From: Deltaproteobacteria bacterium
GTDB taxonomy: Bacteria > Desulfobacterota > Binatia > Binatales > Binataceae
Direction: 5' to 3'
Length of the DNA stretch: 64,000 bases
Assembly (NCBI GenBank): GCA_021780755.1
Contig: JAJXYF010000005.1
Location: 105,031 to 169,030, forward strand
Part shown: positions 9,803 to 19,500 of the stretch, piece after piece
Layout of the letters: each line of letters opens with the position of its first letter
How positions within the stretch are numbered: position 1 is the stretch's first letter
Made by a program: the position numbers and the translations under genes
The notes under the pieces: generated by a model
Database searches by the model: none
The model's input: only the letters and a program-made list of their open reading frames with translations
Told to the model about the DNA's origin: nothing

Positions 9803-10528
9803 ATGGAGATCGTCACCCAGGAACTGACGGTGAAGACCGGCAACGAAAGCATGCCCTGCCATCTGGCGCGTCCGGCCAGCGGCGGTCCCTATCCCGCGAT
9901 CGTGGTCGTGATGGAAGCGTTCGGCCTCAACGGCAACATCAAGAAGATCACCGATCGCTTTGCGGCCGAAGGCTTCGTCGCGATCTCGCCCAATCTATAT
10001 TTTCGCCAATCCAACAATGTCGTCGGCTACGACAACCTGCCCGGCGCGATCAAGTTGATGGGCAGCCTCACCGACGATCAGATCGTGGCCGATATGACGG
10101 CGGCGATCGATTACGTCAAGACACTCAAGGAAGCCAAGCCGAAATTTGGTACCACCGGCTTCTGCATGGGCGGTCGGGTCGCGTTCCTGACGGCGGTGCG
10201 CAATGGCGACGTGTATGCCACCGCGCCATTTTACGGCGGTGGCATGACGCGCGCGGGACAGCCCGGCGGCAAGGCGCCGGTTGACGATGCCGCTCGGCTC
10301 AAGGGTCCCGTGCTCGCGTTCTTCGGTGGCAAGGACGCGTTTATTCCGGTGACCGAAGTCGATAAATTCCGCGACGCCCTCTCGAAGGTCGGCAAGTCGC
10401 CCGAGGTCGTGCTCTATGGCGATGCGGACCACGGCTTTATGTGCGAGGAGCGTCCCTCGTATCACCCTGAGCATGCGAAAGAGGCCTGGGCGAAGACTGT
10501 CGCCTTCTTCAAAAACAGTCTCGTCTAG
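9803..10528 (+). CDS. Dienelactone hydrolase family protein
   Basis: YPAIVVVMEAFGLN, GFCMGG nucleophile elbow, and a C-terminal DHGF motif. The ATG at 9803 is preceded by GGAGG (9793-9797). The track start at 9671 has no such support. Confidence 0.8.
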   Translation: MEIVTQELTVKTGNESMPCHLARPASGGPYPAIVVVMEAFGLNGNIKKITDRFAAEGFVAISPNLYFRQSNNVVGYDNLPGAIKLMGSLTDDQIVADMTAAIDYVKTLKEAKPKFGTTGFCMGGRVAFLTAVRNGDVYATAPFYGGGMTRAGQPGGKAPVDDAARLKGPVLAFFGGKDAFIPVTEVDKFRDALSKVGKSPEVVLYGDADHGFMCEERPSYHPEHAKEAWAKTVAFFKNSLV

Positions 10529-10564
10529 GCTCGGAGTCTCGCGAACTCTGCTTCCAAGAAAGCG

Positions 10565-10598
10565 GCGAGGGCGAACCGGCCAGTGGGTTCGCCCTCGC
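10565..10598. terminator. GC-rich 13-bp hairpin between convergent genes (candidate bidirectional intrinsic terminator)
   Basis: GCGAGGGCGAACC (10565-10577) pairs perfectly with GGTTCGCCCTCGC (10586-10598), with an 8-nt loop, and is followed by TATATTTAT. It lies between the stop codons of the dienelactone hydrolase and nitroreductase genes. Confidence 0.6.
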
Positions 10599-10673
10599 TA
10601 TATTTATGGCGTCGCACCAAGGATAGATCGATGCGCCGATTCGCGATGCGGCTATTTCATCGCGGCCATCCGC

Positions 10674-11351
10674 TCATCCCGGCCACGGCTTGCCGTAGCT
10701 GTCCAGGCACGCGACCTCGCTGACCGGCTTGCGGCTGATCGGCCCGTGCTTGCCCTTCGGATAACCGACCGGCATCAGCGCATATGATTGTACGTCCGGC
10801 GGCAGGTTCAGGATTTGGCGCACCTCCTCCTCGTAAAACGCATGAATCGTCGTCAGCACCGTGCCGAGTCCGAACGCACGGCATGCGAGGATGATGTTCT
10901 GCACGGCCGGATAGATGCTCGATCCGGCCAGGCGCGCCGCCCCCGCCATCCGCGCCTTGATGTCGTCGGGAAGGCTCGCCGCGCCGCTGAAGGTGGTGGC
11001 CTTCAGGCACGGCACGATCAGCACCGGGGCCTCGCCCATGTGATCGAAAAGGTACAGCACGGAACGCCACCAGCGCTCGTATTTCGCTGGGTCCATATGC
11101 GGCGGTGGCTTGGCGCCTTCGTAGAGCTTCAGCAGGATACCCGAGGTCTTCTGGTACAACGCGCCCAGTTGTTTGCGCTTCTCGGCATCCTTGACCACGA
11201 TAAAAACCCACGACTGCGCGTTGCTCCCCGACGGCGCGCGAATCGCCGCGTCCAGCACCTTGCTGATTATCTCATCGGGCACCGGGTCGGTCTTGATCCG
11301 CCGGATCGCCCGCGCCGTGTACATCGCTTCGAACAAACCAATTTCCGCCAT
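10674..11351 (-). CDS. Nitroreductase family protein
   Basis: N-terminus LFEAMYTARAIRRIKTDPVPDEIISKVLDAAIRAPSGSNAQSWVFIVV is typical of the nitroreductase fold. Confidence 0.8.
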   Translation of the reverse strand: MAEIGLFEAMYTARAIRRIKTDPVPDEIISKVLDAAIRAPSGSNAQSWVFIVVKDAEKRKQLGALYQKTSGILLKLYEGAKPPPHMDPAKYERWWRSVLYLFDHMGEAPVLIVPCLKATTFSGAASLPDDIKARMAGAARLAGSSIYPAVQNIILACRAFGLGTVLTTIHAFYEEEVRQILNLPPDVQSYALMPVGYPKGKHGPISRKPVSEVACLDSYGKPWPG

Positions 11352-11474
11352 CGCAATCTCCTGTTTTTTGGTGGACGTCCGCGATCGTTAATGCGCTCCG
11401 GTGGAGCGCGACTAAACCGCGAATGCCGTCATCCCGTTCGTGCCGTTGCGCCCGTTCTCCGCCGACCCGCGAGA

Positions 11475-12035
11475 CTATACCGCTTCGGTTTTCGGCGCTG
11501 TGCGACCGATGAGTTTTTCCCTCACCCGCCTGGCTTCCTCCGGATCTTTGACCATCGGGCCCGGCTGCACGCGATGCTTCATGATTTTGTCGTCGTCATT
11601 AAACTCGCGCACCGTCGTGCAGTACTCCAGCAGCAGGCCGTTGGGATCATTGAAATAGATCGATCGGCACCACTCGTGATCGACCACCGGAGTTACGTCG
11701 ATTCCATGGCCGGCCAGTTCCTCACGCTTGTGCTCCAGCGCTTCGACCGAGGGGCAATCGAACGCGAAGTGATAGAAGGCCGGCGGCAGATTCTGCGCGC
11801 TGTTGATATCGGTTTTGAACTCGCTGGGAATTCCGGGCACGCGCTCCGGGCACATGAAAGCGACCAGCGTGCCGTCGCCGGTATCGAGGAAGGCATGTCT
11901 GATCCGTCCACCCTGAGGTGGTTCAAGAACATCGCACCAGGCCACCGACCAGCCTAATTTAGTCGTGTAAAAATCGATCGTCGCATCGATATCGAGCGTG
12001 GCCAGACCTACATGATGGACACCTTTGCGTTCCAT
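11475..12035 (-). CDS. VOC (glyoxalase/bleomycin-resistance/dioxygenase) family protein
   Basis: GVHHVGLATLDIDATIDFY ... HFAFD pattern. The ATG at 12035 is preceded by GGGAGGAA on the coding strand. The longer track start at 12092 is unsupported. Confidence 0.7.
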   Translation of the reverse strand: MERKGVHHVGLATLDIDATIDFYTTKLGWSVAWCDVLEPPQGGRIRHAFLDTGDGTLVAFMCPERVPGIPSEFKTDINSAQNLPPAFYHFAFDCPSVEALEHKREELAGHGIDVTPVVDHEWCRSIYFNDPNGLLLEYCTTVREFNDDDKIMKHRVQPGPMVKDPEEARRVREKLIGRTAPKTEAV

Positions 12036-12161
12036 GGTTCCTCCCTCAGGGAAAATTGATTCGCGCGAGCCGATTCCAATCCTGAATACCACTGCGCGGC
12101 GCCAAACAAAATCATTATTTGGCGAACCGTCCGCGAACCGCGCGGCAGTCCTCTATTCCAT

Positions 12162-12824
12162 TTATTCCATTTTGACGATCTTGTGCTGGATCGCGTAACG
12201 CACCATTTCCGCCGTCGTGCGCAAACTTAACTTGTCCTTCAGGTTCTCCCGATGAGCCTGGGCGGTCTTGGGGCTGATGCCGAGCTTGCGCGCGATGTCT
12301 TTGCTGGTCGCGCCCTCGCTCAGCAACCGCAACACCTCGCGCTCGCGCAACGTGATCGGACTCGCGCCGGCGCTGCCACGCGGCCGCGGATTCCTGAGTC
12401 GGTTCAGCAAAATCGGGGCGACCGACGGGCTTAGATAGCGCTTGCCGTCCGCGACCGCCCGCACGGCGCTGACCAGCTCCTCCGGCGCGTCGCGCTTGAC
12501 CAGATAGCCCGCCGCCCCGGCCTCGTTGAGCGCCTCCAACACGTCGGATTCGTCCTCGTGCGCACTCAGAATCAGCACCTTCGCGGCCGGCGCCGCCTGC
12601 TTCATCCGATGCGCCGCGGCCAGTCCACCCGTCCCCGGCATCTCCAGGTCCATCACGATCACCTGCGGGCGAACCTTCGCCGCAAGCGCCAACGCCGCTT
12701 CGCCGGTGGTCGCCTCGCCCACGACCTCGCAGCCGTGACGCTCGAGCAGCATTTTCAACGAGCCGAGCAACACGCGATGATCGTCGGCCAGCATCACGCG
12801 GATCACCGCGTCTGTTTTGATCAT
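12162..12824 (-). CDS. LuxR/NarL-family response regulator
   Basis: Receiver domain (VMLADDH ... VIVMDLEMPG) plus a C-terminal LuxR HTH (LTLREREVLRLLSEGATSKDIARKLGISPKTAQAHRENL). Confidence 0.9.
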   Translation of the reverse strand: MIKTDAVIRVMLADDHRVLLGSLKMLLERHGCEVVGEATTGEAALALAAKVRPQVIVMDLEMPGTGGLAAAHRMKQAAPAAKVLILSAHEDESDVLEALNEAGAAGYLVKRDAPEELVSAVRAVADGKRYLSPSVAPILLNRLRNPRPRGSAGASPITLREREVLRLLSEGATSKDIARKLGISPKTAQAHRENLKDKLSLRTTAEMVRYAIQHKIVKME

Positions 12825-14569
12825 GCCGGCTCCGGAATTTCAGCCACCAGCCGCGTCGATCCCGCTCTGGATTCGACCCGCAGACGCCCGCCCATCAGTT
12901 CGAGCCGTTCATTCAGCCCGGAGAGTCCGATACCGCCGCGGCCGGTGGCGACGCCGATACCCTTGCCGTTATCGAAAATCGATAGCCGCACCCGGTCCCC
13001 GCGTTTTTCGATCGCGATTTCGACCTGGCTCGCGCCCGCATGGCGCATCACGTTGGCCAGCGCCTCGCGCGCGACCTGGTAGCAGAGCTGCTGGATGGGC
13101 CGCGTCAGCGCTTTCATTTTATCCGCGTGGGTGAGCCGGCCCTTGATGCCCGCCTCCGCCAGCCTCCGCAATTCATTGCGCAGACCCTCGGCGAGCGTTG
13201 AGCGCCCGAGCGTCGGCGGCTTGAGTTCGCGCACCCGCAGCCGCAGCGCCTCTTCGAGTTGCTTGAAGATGCCGCGCGCCTCGTCGGGCCCCGCCTCGAT
13301 TCCGATCCGCGCCGCGGCGAGCAGTTGCGCCTGATGGTCGTGCAGGTCGCGTGCGATGCGCGCGCGCTCCGAGTCGATCGCCCCATACATCCGCAGCCCC
13401 AAACTGCTCACGAGCCGCCGTAAGCGATCGGCCTCGGCCTCCAGCAGCCATTTCGCGATGAGCGGATTCAGGCGCGCCGCGAGTGCTTCGACTCGCGCGA
13501 TGGCGGTGCTATCCGGCGTCCTGTGCGCTGCCAAGGCGATCGCACCGTCCGCGAAAGGTACGCATACATAGCTGCCGAAGCGGGCGAACGAGCGGTCTTC
13601 GTCATAGACCACGGACTTGGCAGCCCGGGTCACGCACGCGATCGTCGTCTGCCGCGAGTAACAGTCGGTGAGCGCGCTTGCCCCCGGCCGCTGCGCGGCG
13701 ACCGGCGCTGCGGGCGCGAGGACGCCCGAGGCGGCGGACACGCGAAGCGTCGCGCCATCGCTCATAGTTGCGATAATCCAGGCGTCGAACGGACCGATTT
13801 TCGCAAATAGCTTTCCTAAACTGTCGAACCGGGTGCGCGCGCGGAGCCGTTGCGCGGCGGCGACGCTGCGATCGATTCGGCTGCGTTCCGACGACACGCC
13901 CGCGACCTCGGTCCGCGAGCGGGCGAACCGCTCCGCCGAGTCGATCGAGCGTTTACGCCAGAAGTCACGCGAGGCGTTGGCCACGCCGATGCGAATGACA
14001 GCGATCGCGGCGGTCGCCGCCAGTTCAGCCGCGACCGCGAGGTTGTGCGTATCCGGTGTGCGAGGCGTGATCAGGACGACGGTCGCGCGCAACCCGGCAT
14101 CGCTGTCGGTCGGGCAGGTGACGGTGACGGCGGCGCAGATCATGGCGTGTGCATGCGGCCGGCATGCCGACGCCATCTCGCGATGGCTGAACCGCAGCAG
14201 GCGGCCGCTTCGATGCGCAGCGTAACGCGGGTCGCGCTGGACCGCGGCGAAGAGGGAATCGAGCAGGGACTCGGCACGCGAATCGGTCGCCGCACGAATT
14301 GTCGCCGCATCGGTGGCCCCCTGCCATGCGATCAGGCAGCTAGCGCCTTCGTAGAGGCGCGAGCTCAAATCCGCCAAGGTCTGGAGCTGAGCGGTTACGC
14401 CATCGCCGGTATCGAACAGGACGGCGGAGGTTCCATCATCGAGCCGGGAACGCTGCGGAGTGCCGTTGGATCCGGCCGGCGATGGAACCCAGCGGTTCAC
14501 GGTTGCAATCGCAGCGTAGCGCGCGCCGTCAGCGATGCCCAGGTTCGGCGGGCTGGCCAAGTTCGTCAC
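12821..14569 (-). CDS. Sensor histidine kinase (HisKA_3 / HATPase_c) with a long cytoplasmic N-terminal sensor region
   Basis: ERARIARDLHDHQAQLLAA (the H-box of NarX/DesK-type kinases) and C-terminal NVMRHAGAS ... DNGKGIG ... GIGLSGLNERLELMGG. The stop overlaps the regulator start by 4 nt. Confidence 0.85.
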   Translation of the reverse strand: MTNLASPPNLGIADGARYAAIATVNRWVPSPAGSNGTPQRSRLDDGTSAVLFDTGDGVTAQLQTLADLSSRLYEGASCLIAWQGATDAATIRAATDSRAESLLDSLFAAVQRDPRYAAHRSGRLLRFSHREMASACRPHAHAMICAAVTVTCPTDSDAGLRATVVLITPRTPDTHNLAVAAELAATAAIAVIRIGVANASRDFWRKRSIDSAERFARSRTEVAGVSSERSRIDRSVAAAQRLRARTRFDSLGKLFAKIGPFDAWIIATMSDGATLRVSAASGVLAPAAPVAAQRPGASALTDCYSRQTTIACVTRAAKSVVYDEDRSFARFGSYVCVPFADGAIALAAHRTPDSTAIARVEALAARLNPLIAKWLLEAEADRLRRLVSSLGLRMYGAIDSERARIARDLHDHQAQLLAAARIGIEAGPDEARGIFKQLEEALRLRVRELKPPTLGRSTLAEGLRNELRRLAEAGIKGRLTHADKMKALTRPIQQLCYQVAREALANVMRHAGASQVEIAIEKRGDRVRLSIFDNGKGIGVATGRGGIGLSGLNERLELMGGRLRVESRAGSTRLVAEIPEPA

Positions 14570-17318
14570 CGAGTTGGCGCATTTCCTCGCCGAAGGCGGT
14601 CCAGTCGCCCTGCTTCAGCGCGGCGATGGCGCGGCTGTAATGGGTCGCGGCGGCCTGAAGTTCGGGCGGCGTACGGGCCGCCGCGGCCGGCGACGTGGCG
14701 AGCGGCGCAGAAATGGCCCCAGCCGGCGGATTCATCCCGGACGGCGGGACGGCCGCCGCGATCACGGGTGCCGCGCTTTCGCCGGTTTTGAAGAGCGCGG
14801 CGAGGGTGGCGTCGATACTGGTGCCCATCACGGTGCGATCGCCATAGGACGCGAGCACACGTTTGAGTTCCGGCAATTGGCCATTTTCCGCGCGGATATA
14901 GAGCGGCTCAACGTAGAGCAGCGAGTCCTCGACCGGGATTACCAACAGGTTGCCAAGAATCACCTTCGAGCCCATCTGGTTCCACAGTGAGTATTGCTGC
15001 GAGATGTCGGGATTCTGGTTGATGCGCGCCTGGATTTGATAAGGGCCGTAGAACAGCCGGTCTTTTGAAAACTCAAACTCGAACAGATGGCCATAGTCAG
15101 TGCCGTCGCAGCGCGCGGCCAGCCACGCGATCATATTATCGCGCCCCTGCGGCACCATCGGGAGCATCAATACATACTCGGCGCGGGTTTCTCCGGGCAG
15201 CCGCATGATTACGTAGTAGGGTGACATCGGTACGGTCTGGTCGGAGTAATTCTCGCGGGGGAAAGTCCACAAGTCCTCGCGATTGTAAAACGTCGCGGGG
15301 TCTTTCATGTGATAGGTGCCGTACATCTCGGCCTGGGTCAGAAAGAAATCCTCTGGATAGCGGATGTGCGCGCGCAACTCGGCGGGCATTTCGGACATCG
15401 CCTTGAACATGCCGGGATAGATTCTCTGCCAGGTGCGAATCAGCGGATCGTCGGGGTCGGCGACATAAAAATCGGTGCGGCCACTGTAAGCATTGACTAC
15501 CACTTTCACCGAATTGCGGATGTAGTTAATGCCGTCGCCGTTGATTTGCGAGTATGGATAGTGATCGCTGTAGGTATAGCCGTCAACGATCCAGTCGAGC
15601 TGGCCGTCGTGCAATACCATGTACGGATCGGTGTCCTGGTTGATAAACGGCGCGATGTATTTGATGCGATCGACGATGTTGCGGCGAAAGAGAATCCGGC
15701 TCCCCGGAATTATATTCTCAGTCACGAGCAGATTGACGTCGCGATAGTAGAAACTGAAGAGCAGCCGGCGCCAGAAGCCGCTGATCTGCACGCCGCTCTC
15801 GGCCTTGTAGAAATCGGAGACGTTGTCGTTGCCGCGCGGATAGTCAAATTCCGGCGTCTGCGCGTTGACCACCGCGTAAACGTCCGGCTCTTCGCCAAAG
15901 TAGATTCCCGGTTGCGTGACCTTCAGGCTGGGATCGGTCGACTCCGGCGGAATATTCTTGACCGACAGGATCGGCAAGCCTTCCTGGTCCTTGGTGTTCA
16001 CCGGGCTCATGACGAGCCCGTAGCCGTGGGTGAACTTGAGATGTCGATTGACCCAGGTCTGCGCGTTTTCGGGCAGCAGATCGACGTTGAGTTCGCGCGC
16101 CGACAGCATCACCTGGGTGTAGTCGCCGCCGATCCAGTAGCGATCGATATCGACGTCGAGAAAGTCGTAATAGAGCCGGATGTTCTGGAGTTGCTGATAG
16201 GTCGCCTTGAGCGGTCGCGGGTCCCACAGCCGAATGTTCTTGATCGTGGTCGCGTCCTGGTCGAGCGAGGCCTGGGTGAGCTTGCCGAGGCCGGCGAAGG
16301 GCCGCACGTCAACCCCGTCGAGATCGAAGGCGCGCCGCGTCATCGCGATGTTGCGCTCGATGTAAGGCTGTTCGATGCGCAGCTCATCGGGCTTTACGCG
16401 GAGCCTTTCGATTATCGGCTGGAGCAGGGTGAGGAGCACAGCGGGGCCGAAGACGATGACGGCGGCAGTGATGGGGAGGCGCAGGCCGCGGTCGCGTAAA
16501 TTGGCGAAGCAAATCGCCGCGGCCATCAGGGCCAGCGCGATCAGCAGCCACAGCCCCGGCTGCCACAGCACATGATCGACATAGCGCAGTCCGAAGACGA
16601 TGCCATTGGTGTGCAGCGTCAGTTCATAGCGCTCGATCCAGTAATTCAGCGCGCGCTCGATAAAGAAGACTCCGGCCAGCACCGAGAGATGCGCCGCGCA
16701 TTGAGGAGAAACATTGGGCGGCGATTCGCGAAAGTCGAGCGCGCCCCGCGCCCAGTAAACCGCCCCCGTCAGCGCTGCCGTGAAGAACAGGATCAGCATG
16801 AAGAGATCGCGCAGCTCTTCCAGCAGGGGGAGCGTGAAGACGAAAAAGCCGACGTCACGGCCGAAAGCCGGCTCCTTCAATCCGAACGGCACACCTTCGA
16901 GCGCCTTTAGGTAAACGTCCCAGCTCCCGGCCTCGCCCTGCGCCGCAAACAGCGCGAGCAAGGCAGCGCCGCCGATCACGATCAGCCGCCACGGCACGCG
17001 ATCGCCGAGCGAGCGGATGAGCTCGGGCAGATTGACCTCGACGACGTCATCGGTCCGCCGCACCACGCGCAGCCGCTCGCGCTCGAGGCTGAGCCGCAGC
17101 GCCATCAAGCCGCTCAAGGCGATCGCGGTGAATGCGACGAGCCAGACGATGCCGAAGATCGAGAGTTCGGCGAACAAGGTGGTGGTGAAGACCTGGCGCA
17201 AGCCCAGCGCGTCGAACCACAGCAGATCGATCGCCAGGCCGTCGGCCAGACTGAGCACAGCGAACGCGACGAGCAGCGCCGCAATCAGGCCAAACAAGAG
17301 GTATCGTGGACGCATCAT
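14529..17318 (-). CDS. UPF0182 family large membrane protein
   Basis: About 930 aa with an N-terminal multi-TM region. Conserved segments include IRLWDPRPL, YYDFLDVDIDRY and LGNLLVIPVEDSLLYVEPLYIRAE, characteristic of UPF0182. Confidence 0.75.
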   Translation of the reverse strand: MMRPRYLLFGLIAALLVAFAVLSLADGLAIDLLWFDALGLRQVFTTTLFAELSIFGIVWLVAFTAIALSGLMALRLSLERERLRVVRRTDDVVEVNLPELIRSLGDRVPWRLIVIGGAALLALFAAQGEAGSWDVYLKALEGVPFGLKEPAFGRDVGFFVFTLPLLEELRDLFMLILFFTAALTGAVYWARGALDFRESPPNVSPQCAAHLSVLAGVFFIERALNYWIERYELTLHTNGIVFGLRYVDHVLWQPGLWLLIALALMAAAICFANLRDRGLRLPITAAVIVFGPAVLLTLLQPIIERLRVKPDELRIEQPYIERNIAMTRRAFDLDGVDVRPFAGLGKLTQASLDQDATTIKNIRLWDPRPLKATYQQLQNIRLYYDFLDVDIDRYWIGGDYTQVMLSARELNVDLLPENAQTWVNRHLKFTHGYGLVMSPVNTKDQEGLPILSVKNIPPESTDPSLKVTQPGIYFGEEPDVYAVVNAQTPEFDYPRGNDNVSDFYKAESGVQISGFWRRLLFSFYYRDVNLLVTENIIPGSRILFRRNIVDRIKYIAPFINQDTDPYMVLHDGQLDWIVDGYTYSDHYPYSQINGDGINYIRNSVKVVVNAYSGRTDFYVADPDDPLIRTWQRIYPGMFKAMSEMPAELRAHIRYPEDFFLTQAEMYGTYHMKDPATFYNREDLWTFPRENYSDQTVPMSPYYVIMRLPGETRAEYVLMLPMVPQGRDNMIAWLAARCDGTDYGHLFEFEFSKDRLFYGPYQIQARINQNPDISQQYSLWNQMGSKVILGNLLVIPVEDSLLYVEPLYIRAENGQLPELKRVLASYGDRTVMGTSIDATLAALFKTGESAAPVIAAAVPPSGMNPPAGAISAPLATSPAAAARTPPELQAAATHYSRAIAALKQGDWTAFGEEMRQLGDELGQPAEPGHR

Positions 17319-17322
17319 TTAC

Positions 17323-17700
17323 TCAGACGCCACGCGCGACCTGGGCCACGTGTTCGCGGACCACCTCGGGCGGGCACATCCAGATGAAGAGTTTGAGGGA
17401 CAGGTAGCCGACCAGGAGCCAGTCCAGTTCTCCGATAATCGGGACGAGGTCGAGTTCGAGCGCGGGCGGAGTAATCAAAATCAGCAAGCCCAGGGGCGGG
17501 ACTACTTTGGCCAAAAACGAGACGCGGGGATCGCCCATCAAGCGCCAGAAGACGCGAAAGAACTGAGGCAGATACGCGAGCATTCCGCGCACTCGCAGCG
17601 GATTCAGCAATTGCATCCTGAGAAAGGAACGAAACACAAGTCCAAATTCTAGCACACACGTTTGCCGGCGCGTGCAATCCGCGAGTGCCCGGGATAACAC
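17323..17700 (-). CDS. DUF1232 (YkvA-like) small membrane protein
   Basis: The segment DPRVSFLAKVVPPLGLLILITPPALELDLVPIIGELDWLLVGYLSLKLF matches the DUF1232 pattern. Confidence 0.65.
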   Translation of the reverse strand: MLSRALADCTRRQTCVLEFGLVFRSFLRMQLLNPLRVRGMLAYLPQFFRVFWRLMGDPRVSFLAKVVPPLGLLILITPPALELDLVPIIGELDWLLVGYLSLKLFIWMCPPEVVREHVAQVARGV

Positions 17701-17772
17701 GAGGGCCGGCGGCGGTCAGCGGACGCATCGCGCGAATTCGGGTAAAATTATCCGCGGCGGAGGGAGGAATCG

Positions 17773-19461
17773 GTGAAGAAGCGAATGACGCTGGGCAGCT
17801 TCCTGGTCGCGTATCTGCGCAAAATCGGTGTTCGTCACGTCTTCGGCATTCCGGGCGATCTCGCGCTCAAACTGTTTTTCGCGCTCGGCCGCAAGCACGA
17901 CCTCGAAATCCTGACGTTGTCGCATGAGCCTGGCGTCGGCTTCGCGGCCGACGGCTACGCGCGCGCCACCGGCAAAATCGGCGTCATCTGCGTGACCTAC
18001 GGCGCGGGTGGCCACAACATGGTGAACCCGGTCGCCGGGTCATTTTCCGAGCGGGTGCCGCTGCTGATATTTTCGGGTGGTCCCGGCGAGGAAGAGCGCA
18101 AGCTTGGCACGCTGATTCATCATCAGGCGCGCGAGATCGAATCGCAGCATCGCATCTACCAGGAGGTGACCTGTGCCGCGCGGGTGCTGACCGACCCGCT
18201 GAGCGCGGCCCGCCAACTGCACGAGGTGGTGCGCGCGGTATGGGCCGAGCAGCGCCCCGGCTATATCGAAATCCATCGCGACATGGTTGACCGCGAGATC
18301 GAGGTGCCCGACGATCTGCTCGAGTGGGACGGGCGTCTGAATTTTTACGAATCCGATGCGCGCCGGGTGGCGGAAGCGGCGCGCGAGACCGCCGCGATGC
18401 TGAACAAGAGTCGCAAGCCGGTGCTGATCGCGGGCATCGAGATCCATCGCTACAAGGCGTCGCGCGAGCTGGTGGAACTGGCGGAAAAAATTGGCGCGCC
18501 GGTATTTACCACGGTGCTCGGCAAGGGCGCCTTTCCGATGGACCATCCCTTATATATGGGTGTTCACGTCGGCCCGATCAGTCCGCCGCCGATCGTCGCG
18601 CGGATGGACGAAGCCGATTTCGTGCTGAATCTCGGCTGCCTTAAGACCGACATGAATTTCGGCAACCGGCCGCCGCACATCATCCAGGGGCGGAGCGTGT
18701 GGGCCGTCGATCGGCGGGTCGACGTCAAGTATCACAGCTATATCGACGTCGGCGTGCGTGATTTCGTGCGCGCGCTGCGCCGGCAGAAGCTGCGCGACCA
18801 TCGCGAGACCGTGACCTACGCGAGCAACCTGACCGGCGGTGTCACTGGCAAGCTGCATCACGCGCCGATCAAGGTCAGCCAGATACTGGCGACGGTCAAC
18901 GACTTTCTGGCCGAACATCGGCGCTACATGGTGGTCGCCGAATCGGGCGATATGCTGTTCGGGGGGCTGGATATCCGCGTGCCGCATCACGGCACTTATC
19001 TGGCGCAGGGGTTTTACGCATCAATGGGGTTCGCGGTTCCAGCGGCGCTCGGGGCGCAAGTCGGATGCGGCCTCCGGCCGGTCGTGCTGTCGGGCGACGG
19101 CGGCTTTCAGATGACGGGGCCGGAAATATCGCATGCGTCTCGCTTCGGCGCCAATCCGATCGTAATCGTGGTGAACAACGGCGGCTGGGGCATTTTTCGC
19201 CCGGTCGCCTCCGACCGCCGCGACCTGCTGGAAATCCCGGCGTGGCCGTATGCGAAACTCGGACAGGACTGGGGCGGGGCGGGTTTTCAAGCCGCTACCG
19301 CGGCCGAATTGCGCGACGCGTTGGCCGCGGCGCACCAATGCAAAAGCTTTGCGATAATCAACGTGGATGTCGGCCGCGACGATCTTTCGCCGGTGACCAT
19401 CAAGTACATCAAGGCGGCGGCCCGCCGCTCGCAGCCGGCGATCGCGCGCAAGTTGCGCTAG
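17773..19461 (+). CDS. Thiamine-pyrophosphate-dependent alpha-keto acid decarboxylase (indolepyruvate/phenylpyruvate decarboxylase-like)
   Basis: N-terminal TPP pyrimidine-binding domain (VFGIPGDLALKLF ... YGAGGHNMVNP) and TPP motif GDGGFQMTGPEIS ... VVNNGGWG. Confidence 0.8.
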   Translation: MKKRMTLGSFLVAYLRKIGVRHVFGIPGDLALKLFFALGRKHDLEILTLSHEPGVGFAADGYARATGKIGVICVTYGAGGHNMVNPVAGSFSERVPLLIFSGGPGEEERKLGTLIHHQAREIESQHRIYQEVTCAARVLTDPLSAARQLHEVVRAVWAEQRPGYIEIHRDMVDREIEVPDDLLEWDGRLNFYESDARRVAEAARETAAMLNKSRKPVLIAGIEIHRYKASRELVELAEKIGAPVFTTVLGKGAFPMDHPLYMGVHVGPISPPPIVARMDEADFVLNLGCLKTDMNFGNRPPHIIQGRSVWAVDRRVDVKYHSYIDVGVRDFVRALRRQKLRDHRETVTYASNLTGGVTGKLHHAPIKVSQILATVNDFLAEHRRYMVVAESGDMLFGGLDIRVPHHGTYLAQGFYASMGFAVPAALGAQVGCGLRPVVLSGDGGFQMTGPEISHASRFGANPIVIVVNNGGWGIFRPVASDRRDLLEIPAWPYAKLGQDWGGAGFQAATAAELRDALAAAHQCKSFAIINVDVGRDDLSPVTIKYIKAAARRSQPAIARKLR

Positions 19462-19500
19462 TAAATCGAATAGTCTGTTGGGAATGTTGGTATCACGATC

